Assembly (NCBI GenBank): GCA_016218585.1
Contig: JACRDK010000006.1
Span: 1,823-65,822, forward strand
Length of the DNA stretch: 64,000 nucleotides
Direction of reading: 5' to 3'
Source of the DNA: Candidatus Doudnabacteria bacterium
GTDB lineage: Bacteria; Patescibacteriota; Doudnabacteria; UBA920
The notes below the pieces were generated by a model. The model saw only the letters and a program-made list of their open reading frames with translations, was not told the origin of the DNA and did not search any database. A program made the position numbers and the translations under genes. Shown here one piece after another: positions 45,895 to 56,000 of this stretch; position 1 is the first letter of the stretch, and each line of letters begins with the position of its first letter.

Positions 45895-47607
45895 TTAGCT
45901 ATTTGAAATCATTCCTAAATGATGTTCGCGGAGTTTTTTTAACCCGGTTGATAATTCCCGGCCTTCTAAAATTTTTGCTAAGTGCAAGCCGCCCATAAAA
46001 TGCGGTGAGATTACGTAGTCTATGCCATGCTCGTACAAAATTTTTGTTTCCGCTTCATCCTGGGCAATAAAAATTAACTTCGGGTGATTGCGCTTGCCGG
46101 CTGTGGCGGCTTTGATGGAATGAATCAGCGACAGGTTATCGTTAAAATCCGGGACAGTGGAAATAATTAATTTAGCAAACGGCAAATTAACTTGCTCTTG
46201 AATAAAGCCGTCGGTAATATCGCCGCAAACAGCCAAGTGTCCCAGTTCAATATAATGTTCAACCACCTCCGGATTAAAGTCTACTATAACAAACGGAGTT
46301 TTATGTTTTTTTAATGCGTCAATTAAATGATGCCCAAGCCTATGCGCGCCCACCAGGATAATATGGTTTTTAAGGACCGCAGTGCTAACATGCTTTTCGG
46401 CCGAGCCTTTGCGGAAATCAAAATATTTAAAAACAAATTTTAGCTTTTCAAAAATTTGCGTAGCGTACATTATCATATACGAGGAAAGGCCAATTGTGAC
46501 AATGGCAATTAAAGTCATTAAAGCCACGTCCTGTTTTTGCAAATGCCCCAGCTGATAGCCGGAAGTTACTAAAATTAAACTGAATTCAGAAACCTGGGCC
46601 ACAGTTACGCCAGCCAAAAATCCGGTGCGGGGCTTATAACCGGCCAATCCGAGCAAGACCATAACAATTAACGGGTTGCCAATTAGAACAAACAACGACA
46701 GCCAAATTGCCGGACCGGTTAAGGCTGATAAATTATCGAGCATTAAGCCCGAACCAAGCACGATAAAAAATAAAATTATAAAAAAGTCGCGAATGGGTTT
46801 TATTTTGCCGCTAATTTCATAATGAACGCCGCTTCTGGCCAAAGACAGTCCGGCTAAAAACCCGCCAATCTCCAAACTGAAACCGACAATTGGCAGAGAC
46901 ACAAAGCTGGCAAGGCCTAAAGCCCAAGCCAAAGAGAAAACCAGCATTAGTTCGTCGTTATTGCCAATGTGCTGCAAAATTTTGGGGAAAACTTTGGCTG
47001 ACAGCCACCAGACAACCAACACTAAAATTAAGCCTCTAACCAAAGCCATAATTACGGTCTGCCATAACGGCAAGTTGGAATAAAAGCCCGAACTGCTGGA
47101 ACCCATGCTGGACAGAGCAATTAAAATTAAAATCGCAACAAAATCCTGAGTCAAAAAAATTCCAATAACCAGCTTGCCATACAAACTTTGCATATCTTTC
47201 TTCTCGCCCAAAAGTTTAACCACAATAATCGTAGAAGAAAAAGTCAGCGCCGGAGCAAGATACAAAGAGGGGATGGTGCCAAGGCCGAGCAGGCGCAAAA
47301 TTAAATAGCCAATTCCGGTAGTAAAAACAATTTGCCCCAACGCAACAAACAGCACGGTTTTGCCCAGGCGCCGGAGCTGCGCCACGTCCAGTTGCAGGCC
47401 GACCATAAACAAAAGCAGGGTAATACCTATTTCCGCCAAAGCCGAAAACACATCGCCTTGCTGCAGGCGATAATATCCCAAAGGCCCGACAACAACGCCG
47501 GTTAAAATGTAAGCAATTATGCTGGGTTGTTTAAGCAGGCTCACCAAAAAAGACACCAAGCCTGCCAAAATCAAAACCGTGGTTAGTTCAAAAAATAAAT
47601 TATTCAC
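45895..47607 (-). CDS. monovalent cation:proton antiporter-2 (CPA2, KefB-like) with C-terminal RCK/TrkA-N domain
   Basis: ~12 TM helices, then Rossmann ILVGAHRLGHHLIDALK and a second RCK segment. Confidence 0.8.
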   Translation of the reverse strand: MNNLFFELTTVLILAGLVSFLVSLLKQPSIIAYILTGVVVGPLGYYRLQQGDVFSALAEIGITLLLFMVGLQLDVAQLRRLGKTVLFVALGQIVFTTGIGYLILRLLGLGTIPSLYLAPALTFSSTIIVVKLLGEKKDMQSLYGKLVIGIFLTQDFVAILILIALSSMGSSSSGFYSNLPLWQTVIMALVRGLILVLVVWWLSAKVFPKILQHIGNNDELMLVFSLAWALGLASFVSLPIVGFSLEIGGFLAGLSLARSGVHYEISGKIKPIRDFFIILFFIVLGSGLMLDNLSALTGPAIWLSLFVLIGNPLIVMVLLGLAGYKPRTGFLAGVTVAQVSEFSLILVTSGYQLGHLQKQDVALMTLIAIVTIGLSSYMIMYATQIFEKLKFVFKYFDFRKGSAEKHVSTAVLKNHIILVGAHRLGHHLIDALKKHKTPFVIVDFNPEVVEHYIELGHLAVCGDITDGFIQEQVNLPFAKLIISTVPDFNDNLSLIHSIKAATAGKRNHPKLIFIAQDEAETKILYEHGIDYVISPHFMGGLHLAKILEGRELSTGLKKLREHHLGMISNS

Positions 47608-47742
47608 CCTCTATAATTTAATTAATTTCTGATTTGTATTTCAAAAGAAAAACTTTTATTTATTATACCATAACTTTTTGCCAAATCCCAATGTATTGAT
47701 AAAAACTCGGGATTACGGTAAAATTAAATTACTTTCAACCTT

Positions 47743-48321
47743 ATGGAACTAAATACCATATTTTTTATAGGTCCGCAGGGAAGCGGCAAAGGAACCCAAG
47801 CCAGAAGACTGGCCGAACGTTTAAAATTCTTTTACTGGGAAATGGGCGGAATTTTAAGGGAAATTGCCAAAACCGATACCCCATTGGGCAATAAAGTTAA
47901 AGCCCTGATTGATTCCGGCACTCTGCTTTCCGACCAGGATTTATACGAAGTTGTAAAAGCAAGGCTAAAACAACTGCCAAAAAGCCAGGGTGTAATTTTT
48001 GACGGAATTCCGCGCCGCCTGGGCCAGGCAGAATTTTTATTTAACTACTTGGTAGGCCAGGGCAGAAAAAACTTCTCGACTTTGTTTGTAAATTTGCCTA
48101 AGCAGGAATCTGTAAACCGGTTAATGCTCAGGGCGGAAAAAGAAAAACGCGCGGACGATACATTGGAAAAAATTGAATTCCGCCTCAAACAATATGAAGC
48201 CGATACTGTGCCGGTCTTAGATTATTTAAAAGACAGAACCAGTTTTTTTGAAATTGACGGAACGCCCGACATTGATACTGTGAGCCAAAATATAAATAAG
48301 GCATTAGGACTAAATGACTAA
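47743..48321 (+). CDS. adk: adenylate kinase
   Basis: P-loop GPQGSGKGTQ, FDGIPRRL, 192 aa. Confidence 0.8.
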   Translation: MELNTIFFIGPQGSGKGTQARRLAERLKFFYWEMGGILREIAKTDTPLGNKVKALIDSGTLLSDQDLYEVVKARLKQLPKSQGVIFDGIPRRLGQAEFLFNYLVGQGRKNFSTLFVNLPKQESVNRLMLRAEKEKRADDTLEKIEFRLKQYEADTVPVLDYLKDRTSFFEIDGTPDIDTVSQNINKALGLND

Positions 48322-48922
48322 ACAACCACTTAACATAATTCTCTTGGGCGATCCGGCCAGCGGCAAAGCAACGCACGGGGCTTTTATTGCGAAAAAATAC
48401 AAAATGTACGACCTTGATATGGGGCGCGAACTGCGCTCCATTTCTAAAAATCCGGTTTTGCGCAAAAAATACCGCCTGGACGAAACTTTGGAAAAAGGAA
48501 AACTCACGCCGACAAAAATTGTCAGGCAAATTTTGCAGGACAGCATTGCCGCAGTGCCAAAAAGCCAGGGGCTATTATTGAATGGCACGCCAAAAATGAT
48601 TGGCGAAGCCAAACTGGTTACCAAGTGGCTCAAACAACAAAAGCGCGAGAGAACAATTTTTATTTATTTGTCCATTCCGCTCAAGGAAACTATTTTGCGC
48701 ATGACCGGCCGCAAAGAATACTTTAAAGGCAAGTTCTCCAAGCGCCCTGACGACAACAATAAAGCTTTAAAAAACCGCATTGCTTATTACCAAAAAAACA
48801 TTGCCGAGGTAGTTACCTATTTTAGAAAGCTTTATCCTTATACAAAAATTTCTACCATCGGCACCGTAAGCGAAGCCAAAAACCGCTTGCTGACAATATT
48901 AAAAAAGTACGAGAACATTTAA
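48314..48922 (+). CDS. adenylate kinase-like paralog (divergent)
   Basis: P-loop GDPASGKATH, LLNGTPK (equivalent of DGFPR), similar length. Overlaps adk by 8 nt. Confidence 0.6.
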   Translation: MTKQPLNIILLGDPASGKATHGAFIAKKYKMYDLDMGRELRSISKNPVLRKKYRLDETLEKGKLTPTKIVRQILQDSIAAVPKSQGLLLNGTPKMIGEAKLVTKWLKQQKRERTIFIYLSIPLKETILRMTGRKEYFKGKFSKRPDDNNKALKNRIAYYQKNIAEVVTYFRKLYPYTKISTIGTVSEAKNRLLTILKKYENI

Positions 48923-48924
48923 TT

Positions 48925-49686
48925 ATGAAACGCGGGTTAATTAAAACTGAAAATGAAATAAACACCATAGCCGAAGGCGGCAAGCTTCTTCGCGATATTT
49001 TGGCGCAAACAGCGGCTTTGGTTAAACCCGGAATCTCCACGGCTTATTTAAATGACTTTGCGGAAAAAAAGATTTACGAAATTGGGGGGCGTCCGAGTTT
49101 TAAAAACTACGGCCCTAAAAAAAACCCTTTTCCCGCCGGGCTATGCACTTCAGTTAACGACGTTGTGGTGCACGGAATTCCAAACGAAGAAACTATTTTA
49201 AAAGTCGGCGATATTGTCGGGTTAGACATTGGAATGGAATACAAAGAACTTTATACCGATCATGCCATAACCGTGGCGGTTGGCGAAGTTACGCCGCAGG
49301 CAAAAAAATTAATGGAAGTAACCCAAAAATGTTTAAACTTGGCCATTAAAGAAGCGGCTCCGGGAAAGAAGACAGGGGACATTGGCTATATAATACAAAA
49401 AACCGCCGAAGACGCCGGGTTTAGCGTTATTCGCGATTTGGTAGGACACGGCGTGGGTTATGATGTGCACGAGGAACCGGCTGTTCCATGCTATGGCAAA
49501 AAAAATACCGGCGATGTTTTAAAACCGGGAATGGTCATTGCCATTGAACCAATGCTTACTTCGGGAGAATACTTTTTAACCTCAGACCCGGACGGATGGA
49601 CCCTGCGCACCGCCGACGGCAGTTTAGCAGCCCACTTTGAACACACAGTAGCTATTACGGACAAGGGGTCTAGAATACTTACTTAG
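48925..49686 (+). CDS. map: methionine aminopeptidase type I
   Basis: Pita-bread fold metal ligands pattern (D..D...H..E..E), HGIPN, 253 aa. Confidence 0.85.
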   Translation: MKRGLIKTENEINTIAEGGKLLRDILAQTAALVKPGISTAYLNDFAEKKIYEIGGRPSFKNYGPKKNPFPAGLCTSVNDVVVHGIPNEETILKVGDIVGLDIGMEYKELYTDHAITVAVGEVTPQAKKLMEVTQKCLNLAIKEAAPGKKTGDIGYIIQKTAEDAGFSVIRDLVGHGVGYDVHEEPAVPCYGKKNTGDVLKPGMVIAIEPMLTSGEYFLTSDPDGWTLRTADGSLAAHFEHTVAITDKGSRILT

Positions 49687-49721
49687 GGTGTAGTTAGTAG
49701 ATTGTAGTTGGTAGTAAATAT

Positions 49722-49749
49722 AAAAACAGCGGTTGACCCCGCTGTTTTT
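49722..49749 (+). terminator. terminator aaaaacagcggTTGACCccgctgttttta
   Basis: 9-bp GC stem + T-run after map. Confidence 0.55.
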
Positions 49750-49781
49750 ATATGCAAATATTTCTATGAAAGGAGGACACT

Positions 49782-49970
49782 TTGAAGACTGTTGCGCTAC
49801 TGGATAAGTGTCCCAAATGCGGCGGCAACAACACTTGTACGATGTATGTCTCTACCCGAGAAACCATTGAGTGCAAGCACCCGGAAAACCCAGAATGGGT
49901 TGGTCTAAGAAAAGACCTAACCGCGCAGTCCAGAATCGTCTGCAAAGGCAAACCGAGACAAACCGGTTAG
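49782..49970 (+). CDS. small Cys-containing (zinc-ribbon-like) protein, TTG start
   Basis: Strong SD AAGGAGG 6 nt upstream of TTG. CPKCGG...ECKH...C pattern. GC-rich relative to context. Confidence 0.4.
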   Translation: MKTVALLDKCPKCGGNNTCTMYVSTRETIECKHPENPEWVGLRKDLTAQSRIVCKGKPRQTG

Positions 49971-49994
49971 CATCAAGCGCGTGGATACCAAAAT

Positions 49995-50025
49995 ATGCCG
50001 GGGAGCGATAATCACCCCGGCATTT
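49995..50025. terminator. terminator atgccggggAGCGATAATCAccccggcat + T-rich
   Basis: 9-bp GC-rich stem, between convergent small ORF and thrS. Confidence 0.5.
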
Positions 50026-50079
50026 AGAAATAAATCTTTTAATCCGCGTTATCTGTTTTTATCCGCGCATCCGCGATTA

Positions 50080-51900
50080 TTATTTCTTTTTTTCAATCTC
50101 TAATTTTAATTTTTCCGCAAATTTCTTTAGCGCCATTGTGCCCAAATCTTTTCCTTCCCGGCTTCTAATAGCAATCTTTTTAGCTTTAACTTCTTTCTCG
50201 CCCAAAATAATTTGGTACGGAATTTTTTGCATGCTGGCCTCGCGGATTTTTTTACCAACACTTTCATCGCGGTCGTCCAGTTCTATTCTTAACTCTTCAT
50301 TCAAAATTCCTAATTCTTTTTGTACTTTTTTGGCATAAGCATTCTGTTTTTTGCTAATTGGCAAAATTGCCACTTGAACAGGGGAGAGCCACAACGGAAA
50401 GGCTCCGGCATAGTGTTCAATCAGCAATCCAATAAACCGCTCCATAGAACCATAAATTACGCGATGTACGACCACAGGAGTTTTTCGAGAACCATCAGCG
50501 GCAATGTATTCCAAACCGAAACGCTTAGGCTGCTGGAAATCTAATTGTATTGTTCCAGTCTGCCACTCGCGGCCCAAAGCATCTTTCATTAAAATATCAA
50601 TCTTCGGTCCGTAAAATGCCCCATCTCCTTCTTCTATAAAATATTTCACCCCAGATTTTTCCAAAATTCTTTTAAGCGCACTTTCAGCCTTATTCCAAGT
50701 TTCAATGTCCCCTAAAAACCCTTCTGGCCTAGTTCCTAAACGGAAATGATATTCCATTTTAAAAATTCCATAAAACAGTTTGGCAATTTTAAATATCTCA
50801 CCAAACTCGTCTTCAATCATCTCCTCGGTAATAAAGTTATGTGAATCATCTTGCCTAAAAGATCTAACTCGCAACAGCCCATTAAGTGTTCCAGCCAGCT
50901 CATAGCGATGTAAAATATCTGTATCAGAAAATCTTAATGGCAAATCTTTATAAGATCGTAGTTTTGAGCCAAAAACCAGCATAGCGTTTGGGCAATTCAT
51001 GGCTTTTACCCCATAAACATCATTTTCCCCCATATCAGCAATAAACATATTCTCTTTGTAGTGATCCCAATGCCCTGAAGTTTCCCAAAGCTCTTTTTTG
51101 TTAACTAGGGGCGCGGAAATTTCCAGGTAACCGCGCTTCCTGTGCTCTTTGCGCCAGAATTCAAGTAAACCATTAAATACCACCATACCTTTAGGCAACC
51201 AATATGGCTCACCAGGAGCCGTTGGGTGGAACATAAACAAATCTAACTTTGGCCCCAAGATTTTGTGGTCTCTTTTCTCTGCTTCTTCTAGCTGGTGAAG
51301 ATACTCAGCCATTTCTTCTTTTGTTTCAAACGCCAAACCGTAGATGCGCTGCATTTGCGGATTTTTTTGGTCGCCGCGCCAGTACGCTCCTGAAGTTTTG
51401 CTTAATTTAAAAGCATCTGTTTTTATTTGTGAAGTATTTTCCACATGTCCGCCACGGCACAAATCTATAAACTTTCCTGTTTTATAAAGCGAGACCTTGT
51501 CTATGCCGGAAGATGTCGATTTGTCTAATTCCTGATTCTTAATTCCTGATTCCTGATTCAATACGGCATCTGCTTTGGTTGTGCCAAACTTTTCTATGTC
51601 TTCAATCAACTGAATTTTAAACGGCTGGTTTTGCCCTTTAAAAAATTCCTTTGCTTCGGCAGTGCTTTGCTCAATTCTTTCAAAATCAAGCTTAGACTGG
51701 ACTAGCGCGCGCATTCTTTTTTCCAGTTTAGATAAATCATCTGGGGTTAGAGAACGGGGGAGCAGGAAATCATAAAAAAATCCGTTGTCTATAACCGGGC
51801 CAACGCCAAGCTGAGCCTTTGGAAACATTTCCACAACCGCGGAAGCGAGTATGTGGGCTAACGAATGGCGGATATTGTGCAGTTTTTCTTGTTTGTCCAT
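50080..51900 (-). CDS. thrS: threonine-tRNA ligase
   Basis: Editing-domain HSLAHIL, class II motifs, anticodon-binding C-terminus. Confidence 0.9.
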   Translation of the reverse strand: MDKQEKLHNIRHSLAHILASAVVEMFPKAQLGVGPVIDNGFFYDFLLPRSLTPDDLSKLEKRMRALVQSKLDFERIEQSTAEAKEFFKGQNQPFKIQLIEDIEKFGTTKADAVLNQESGIKNQELDKSTSSGIDKVSLYKTGKFIDLCRGGHVENTSQIKTDAFKLSKTSGAYWRGDQKNPQMQRIYGLAFETKEEMAEYLHQLEEAEKRDHKILGPKLDLFMFHPTAPGEPYWLPKGMVVFNGLLEFWRKEHRKRGYLEISAPLVNKKELWETSGHWDHYKENMFIADMGENDVYGVKAMNCPNAMLVFGSKLRSYKDLPLRFSDTDILHRYELAGTLNGLLRVRSFRQDDSHNFITEEMIEDEFGEIFKIAKLFYGIFKMEYHFRLGTRPEGFLGDIETWNKAESALKRILEKSGVKYFIEEGDGAFYGPKIDILMKDALGREWQTGTIQLDFQQPKRFGLEYIAADGSRKTPVVVHRVIYGSMERFIGLLIEHYAGAFPLWLSPVQVAILPISKKQNAYAKKVQKELGILNEELRIELDDRDESVGKKIREASMQKIPYQIILGEKEVKAKKIAIRSREGKDLGTMALKKFAEKLKLEIEKKK

Positions 51901-52472
51901 AAAGTTTACTAATACGCGATACTAATATACAAATTTACAAATATTAACGAAGTTAACTAATACTATCCAAAAAAAAATTTAAATAACATTAGTTATAGTT
52001 CGTTGCATTCGTACAAATCAGTATATTGGTATCATTAATTATTTGTTAATAACAAAACCCCGAGATCCACTTATTATAAATAATAATAAGTAAATCCCGG
52101 GGCCTTGGTTTTTCCCAAGACGTTTCCGTCCCAGTTTTTCCCGCTCTTTGTTACAAAGAACGGGAACTTTTAACCTAAAACAGTCTCTAGAACCAGTTTT
52201 AGATTTATTGATTCAATTGTTTCAAGCTCACTAACTTGGTAAGGCTAGATCATCGCTTGAAGAACTAAATTGATTATAATATAACTGCTTTATCTTGGCA
52301 ATACCACTTTTCCACAATATTTTTGGCTTATTTAAGATAACTTTTAAAAATTACTCTCGCTATCTTTGACAATTAAGCCCCTTCGGTGCTATTTTTACCG
52401 CGATAGGCCAACAGGAGGGCAAATGTCTTTTTGCTTTCCAAGCGGCACCAAAAGTGTACAAAAGGAACTGAG

Positions 52473-52709
52473 ATGAAATCGATAAAGGTCTGCGGTTGCG
52501 TCGCGCTGATCATTGGCCTGCTAGTGCAAGCCATGATCTATAGCGAAAGTTTGATGAATTGGAAACTGGACGCCTTTAAGGGTCCCAGTTTCATCGTCAT
52601 CTTGGCCGGGGCTTTAATGGTAGCCGTTCCCTCAGTATTTCAGCGGTTTTCTGAGAGGAAGCGGCAACAAGAAGCTTCGTTGTCTCACGGCACGTTCGGC
52701 GACATCTGA
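52473..52709 (+). CDS. small two-TM membrane protein (GC-rich islet)
   Basis: AAGGAA SD, MKSIKVCGCVALIIGLLVQ... Two hydrophobic helices. Local GC well above window average. Confidence 0.45.
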   Translation: MKSIKVCGCVALIIGLLVQAMIYSESLMNWKLDAFKGPSFIVILAGALMVAVPSVFQRFSERKRQQEASLSHGTFGDI

Positions 52710-52731
52710 CGAGCTAGCCCAAGGAGGTGGC

Positions 52732-52848
52732 ATGTCAAAGATTCAAATACTTTTAAGTGCTCTCCTCTTGGGGGCAGCTGCGATCGTTTTCTACTTATGC
52801 AACACTTCCGGCCGCAAAGGCCGTATTTGGGGCAAACCAAACAACTAG
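52732..52848 (+). CDS. 38-aa single-TM peptide (GC-rich islet)
   Basis: Strong SD AAGGAGG 6 nt upstream. MSKIQILLSALLLGAAAIVFYLC... Followed by a strong terminator. Confidence 0.4.
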   Translation: MSKIQILLSALLLGAAAIVFYLCNTSGRKGRIWGKPNN

Positions 52849-52857
52849 ACAGCATAC

Positions 52858-52900
52858 GCCGCGGACCAAGCATTCTCTCGGTCCGCGGCGCAACCATTTT
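52858..52900 (+). terminator. terminator cgccgcggacc-11nt-ggtccgcggcg + T-run
   Basis: 11-bp GC stem followed by caaccattttta. Confidence 0.6.
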
Positions 52901-53060
52901 TATTAAATTTATTTGTTTATAACTCTCACATTTGTGAATTTTATGAACAACTGTTTATGTAAAAAATAATCCTCGAGAGATTCTTCATCCTCTGATGCGC
53001 TTACCCGGACTCAGAATGACGCCGTGCATTCATCCGCGCAATCTGTGTTTATCTGTGATC

Positions 53061-53080
53061 CCTGCCTACCGGCAGGCAGG
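53061..53080. repeat. 20-bp palindrome CCTGCCTACCGGCAGGCAGG (copy 4)
   Basis: Identical to 5149-5168. Lies 5 nt beyond the dnaE stop codon. Confidence 0.55.
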
Positions 53081-53085
53081 CGCGA

Positions 53086-56000
53086 TTAACTAACATCTAT
53101 CATCACTATTTCCGGAACATTGTGCAGCTCTTCCATTAAATCATTGCTCATACCCACCAGGGTTTGGGTTTTTATTTTTTTGGAGCGGGCGCCGGTGCCA
53201 ACGGACAAATAAACCTGCACATTGCCCGGATGTTTTTCCAAAATATTTTTAATGCTATTTAACGCGGCCATATTTACCAGGCTATCCATGTGTAAAATTA
53301 ACTGCTTATTTTTTTCCATCTCATTTAATGCCATTCCATAAAGTTCGTCGTTAGGCAATTCTTTAATTTCATCGGCAATTAATTTAAACTCTTCATCTTT
53401 ATCCGATAGCCGTCCCGAGACCTGGACTATTTTATCATCCGCCAAAAACGGTAATGCTTTTTCCATAACTTTAGGAAAAACCAGCACCTCTACGCTGCCG
53501 GTAACATCGGACAGGGTAAAAAATGCCATTGGGTCGTGTTTTTTGGTAAGCGTGCGCTTAAGCCGGGAAATTATGCCTCCCATAACCACGTTAGCGCCCA
53601 ACTCATCCAAACTCAAACTCTTTACATTGCGCATATTGCCCAAAACTTTTCTATAAACATCCAGCGGATGAGCGGAAACATACATTCCCAAAAGCTCCTT
53701 CTCCCACAATAGCATTTCTTCTTTAGTAGCCGCGGCCGCGGGTTTTAACTTCAGCTTTCCGGCTGTGTATGCGCCGCCAAACAGAGACCCTTGCTCGCTG
53801 TTTACATCTTTATAATATTGGCGAATAAAATTTAAAACTTCTTCCGTGTTGTTGAGCAACTGACCTCTTTCGCCAAAGGCATCCAGCGCTCCAACCTTGC
53901 ACAAAGCTTCCCAGGATTTTTTATTCAAATTTTTTGTGTAAGTCCGAATTAGCAAGTCGTCTAAATCTTTAAACTTCCCGCCTGCTGCGCGCTGCTCTAT
54001 TATTTTGGCTATAACATCATTGCCTAAATTTTTAATGGCGTTCAAACCAAAACGAATATTTTTCTCATCTACCACGGTAAAATCTCCCAGAGATTCATTT
54101 ACATCCGGCGGCAGCACAGCAATGCCAAGAGCTTTACAGTCTTCCACTGCTTCGTAAATTTTGTCTTCATCGCCGGATTCAGCGGTCATTAAAGCCGCCA
54201 TAAACTCCACCGGATAATTTGCCTTCATATAGGCCGTCTGGTAAGACACCACGGAATAACTGGCCGAGTGCGCTTTGTTAAAACCATAGGCGGCAAACGG
54301 CTCAATCCAGGCCCAAATATCTTCGGCTTTTTTATGGCTCCACTTGGAAGTTTCCTGGCATCCCTGAATAAATTTAATTTTCTGCTTAGCCATTTCTTCC
54401 GGAATCTTTTTTCCAACGGCTTTTCTAAACTTGTCTACTTCTTCCCAGGAATAGCCGGCCAAGTCGTGCGCAATGGAAAGCAAATCATCCTGATATACCA
54501 AAATTCCGTAAGTACGGCGCAAAATCTTTTCAAACGCCGGATCAAAATAGGTAATCAGCCCGGGGTTATGTTTGCGGCGAATATATTCTTCAATAAATTG
54601 CATCGGACCGGGGCGATACAAGGCTATCATAGCCATAATATCAAAAATGCTCGACGGCTGAAGTTCTTTTAAGTGTCTGGTCATTCCCGAGGAACCCAAT
54701 TGAAACACCCCAAAAGTTAAACCTTCGGATAACAGCTTAAAAGTTTTAGGGTCGGGATGGGGGAGATTATAAATATCAATATTAATATTGTGTCTGGCTT
54801 GCACCAAATTTACCGCGGTTTCCAAAATGGAAAGGTTGCGAATTCCAAGCAAGTCCAGCTTAACCACGCCAATAGCGTGTGAAGACGCGTTCACGTCGAG
54901 CGCGTACATGTCGTACTGGGTAATAATTCTTTCCCCGTCCGGTTCTTTTTGCAGCGGAGTGTAATCGGTAAGGTCCGTCGGGGTTATAACAATTCCGGCC
55001 GCGTGCACCGAAGCATGTCGGGCGCAGCCTTCTAGTTTTCTGGCAATAGTTAATACGCGTTTGGTTTCCGGATCGTGGTCATAAATTTCTTTTAATTCCG
55101 CATTCATATCCAGGGCCTTGTCCAAAGTCATATGAAAACCCTGTTTGCCTATGGGAATCATTTTTGCAATTTGGTCGCACTTGGAATAGGGGACGGCCAG
55201 AGCGCGGCCAACATCGCGCACCGCAGCGCGGGCCATCATAGTTCCAAAAGTAATAATTTGCGCGACTTTTTCCTTGCCATATTTTTGCGTAATATAAGCA
55301 ATGGCTTCGTCGCGGCGGTTATCGGCAATGTCCAAGTCAATATCCGGCGGGGTTGGGCGATGCATTGTTAAAAAACGTTCGAACGGCAATTCATAATACA
55401 GCGGATCAACATTGGTAATTCCTAAAATTCTTCCCACAATGCTTCCGGCAGCGGAGCCTCTGGTGTTGGTAATGGCGCCAATGCTGTGCGCGCCCTGAAC
55501 CACGTCGGCCACCATTAAAAAGTAAGTGTCAAAACCTTTTTTACAAATAATATTTAACTCGTAATCTATGCGCTCTTTAATCGCGTCCGACAATTGGCCA
55601 TTTTCGCCATAAAGCGGCAGAGCTTTTTCATAAGTTACCTGGCGAAGATACTGCTCTGTGGTCAAGCCTTCCGGAATTTCCACCTGAGGGAAGTAGCGCT
55701 GGTCAATGGCAATTTCCGTATTGCACATATCCGCAATCTTTTGCGTATTAGAAATTGCTTCCGGGACATCGTAAAATAATTCTTCCATTTTTTCCGGAGA
55801 CTTTAGGGACAGATCATAAGCGCGCATATCTAAACGATCTTCGTCGTTAACGGTTCTGCCCGTGCCAATACAAACCATAACATCCTGCGCCTCGGCGTCT
55901 TCCGGATAAATATAGTGGCAGTCCGCGGTAGCCACCAGGCCCAAACCGTTTGCTTTAGCTAAAGCAATAAGTTTGTTATTTAATTCCGTTTCTTTAGGGT

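Noticed and set aside
51901-52430. tmRNA, RNase P RNA, SRP RNA or T-box leader in the long thrS-upstream spacer
   Set aside because: No tRNA-like 3' end (GGTTCGA...CCA), no P4 GGAAAGTCCGG motif, no SRP domain IV GGAAG..AGCAGCC motif and no T-box AATTAGGGTGG sequence could be found by eye. Left as unassigned.
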